DNA from: a virus | Lineage: Duplodnaviria > Caudoviricetes | Length of the DNA: 39,402 nucleotides | Virus record (IMG/VR): IMGVR_UViG_3300020045_002177 | Span: 1 to 39,402 of that record | Direction: 5' to 3' (one strand) | Part shown: positions 38,270-39,402 of the stretch, in pieces | How the letters are laid out: each line of letters starts with the position of its first letter | Position numbering within the stretch: the first letter of the stretch is position 1 | The notes under the pieces: generated by a model | Told to the model about the DNA's origin: nothing | The model's input: the letters and a program-made list of their open reading frames with translations, nothing else | The model's database searches: none | Position numbers and translations under genes: made by a program

Positions 38270-38643
38270 ATTTTTATTATTTCATAGTAGGGGTAAACGG
38301 CAGTTGAGTAGATAACTCGTCTAACACCAAGTTCTTCAAGCATCCACATACATTGGTTACAAGGTCTAGACAAGGCTGAACTGTCATCTTTGTATCTACG
38401 GTAGAGGACGAGTACACCGCCTCTAATCCGTTCTTTTGCAAGCTTGCTGAGACAGTCACGTTCGGCATGTAAGCTACTTTCATAAGTGCTAAATGCTCTG
38501 CTACCCGTTGATTTATATCGTATTTGATTGTAACCTCTACTAAGTATTTTGTTTCCATTTATAAATATAGCTCCTATAGGTTGATGATAAGTTGACTTGT
38601 AAGATTCTAGCTTTGCTAGATGTAACATACGTTCTATTTTCAT
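38266..38643 (-). CDS. Zn-dependent cytidine/dCMP deaminase-superfamily protein
   Basis: IGAIF...GYN, HAE, SRPCNQC, GVRRVIYS; start moved to ATG 38643 because the longer ORF runs through the tRNA-like element. Confidence 0.88.
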   Translation of the reverse strand: MKIERMLHLAKLESYKSTYHQPIGAIFINGNKILSRGYNQIRYKSTGSRAFSTYESSLHAERDCLSKLAKERIRGGVLVLYRRYKDDSSALSRPCNQCMWMLEELGVRRVIYSTAVYPYYEIIKI

Positions 38644-38655
38644 AATAGTCTTTAG

Positions 38656-38729
38656 TGGGTGGTGTGGGATTTGATACCCACATCTTCTCGGCAACAAACC
38701 AAGGCTCTGTACTCTTGAGCTAACCACCC
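38656..38729 (-). tRNA. Atypical tRNA or tRNA-like element (nominal anticodon UGU, Thr)
   Basis: GGGTGGT-TA-GCTC-AAGAGTACA-GAGC-CTTGG-TTTGTTG-CCGAG-AAGAT-GTGGG-TATCAAAT-CCCAC-ACCACCC-A; all four stems pair, loops are non-canonical, no encoded CCA. Confidence 0.7.
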
Positions 38730-38737
38730 TTTCTATG

Positions 38738-38923
38738 TTAATCTTCTTTGTGTATAAAAGAGAGACACTCACCTAATTCATCTATAATAACCTGCTCATC
38801 TTCAAATTTACCTGCATGAAGAAAACAAATTGGTTGTTCATATTTCATATTAGGAGAGTGATAACTATTATAATGACACCTTATATTTTCACAGTAAATG
38901 TGCTTACGCACCAAATGGATCAC
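38738..38923 (-). CDS. Small Cys-rich protein (DUF1540-like)
   Basis: IYCENIRCHYN...C...VIIDELGECLSF. Confidence 0.65.
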   Translation of the reverse strand: MIHLVRKHIYCENIRCHYNSYHSPNMKYEQPICFLHAGKFEDEQVIIDELGECLSFIHKED

Positions 38924-39401
38924 TCTCGTCTTTCATATTAAAAGGTGGTTCATCAGTAGTCTTTACAGAAGAGAAGTCAGCAGTCAATTCCTTTAGTTGA
39001 AGAGTACCTGCACTAAAAGCAGCAAACTCTTTTGCTACTCTAAAGACTTCTTGTACCAAGAAATCAGGAGTAACTTTCTTAGTATAAAGCCCTGCATCAA
39101 CACCCTTATTTACAAAACTAACAGCGTTAGTTAATGCATTTTGACGTTGAATAGATGCTTGTTTCTCAGGGTCTTCTTTATAACCACCACCTCCACTAGA
39201 TGTTCCACCAGAAGATGCTTTAGGGGTACTAGAACCACTACCACTAAATCCACCACCAAAAGCAGGAACAGAACCATTACCTTTTTCAATAAGAGTAATA
39301 GCATCATCACTTCTATATAGATTAAAGAAATCTCCATTTTTTTCAATCTTTAGTTCTACCTTATCTCCAACTGCTAGATCAGCTACAACAGAACCAAGAT
39401 A
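38904..39401 (-). CDS. Single-stranded DNA-binding protein-like, 5'-truncated by the window edge (not in ORF track)
   Basis: Open frame ...VGDKVELKIEKNGDFFNL (OB-fold end), Gly/Ser linker, IQRQNALTNAV helix and acidic tail DEPPF...DESDPFGA. Confidence 0.7.
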   Translation of the reverse strand, partial: YLGSVVADLAVGDKVELKIEKNGDFFNLYRSDDAITLIEKGNGSVPAFGGGFSGSGSSTPKASSGGTSSGGGGYKEDPEKQASIQRQNALTNAVSFVNKGVDAGLYTKKVTPDFLVQEVFRVAKEFAAFSAGTLQLKELTADFSSVKTTDEPPFNMKDESDPFGA

Positions 39402-39402
39402 A

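Noticed and set aside
38644-38772. N-terminal extension of the deaminase ORF as given in the track
   Set aside because: It runs through the tRNA-like element and overlaps the upstream gene; the deaminase fold begins at MKIERM (38643).
39131-39346. Hydrophobic 71-aa ORF resembling a membrane protein
   Set aside because: Alternate frame of the Gly/Ser-rich SSB-like gene.
1-39402. Stop-codon reassignment
   Set aside because: Core genes are full length and tile densely under the standard bacterial code.

Overview
This window is an AT-rich tailed-phage genome fragment with a podovirus-like gene set and a Gram-negative host, inferred from the two-component spanins. The + strand arm (512-28728) holds TerS, TerL, an HNH endonuclease, a DUF5856-like protein, portal, scaffold, P22-coat-like major capsid, adaptor, nozzle, three probable ejection proteins (including a 2304-aa protein with HExxH), a mosaic tail fibre with an S74 chaperone, and a GH19 endolysin/holin/spanin lysis cassette. 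It converges at a bidirectional terminator (~28851-28880) on a - strand arm. That arm carries nucleotide metabolism and recombination genes: class II RNR, dUTPase, DUF3310, two metallophosphoesterases, a T7 endo I-like resolvase, a PD-(D/E)xK nuclease, a Zn deaminase, a partial SSB-like gene, three more HNH genes and many Cys-rich microproteins. No integrase, CRISPR array or reverse transcriptase was seen. The most notable observations are an aberrant tRNA-like cloverleaf directly upstream of the deaminase gene and a densely structured ~190-nt non-coding element upstream of terS. Also notable are a 117-bp inverted copy of the terL Walker B region at the window start (probably a chimera), a 17-bp candidate late-promoter motif and a missed CTG-initiated HExxH gene. 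All product calls come from motif recognition by eye, not from database searches.
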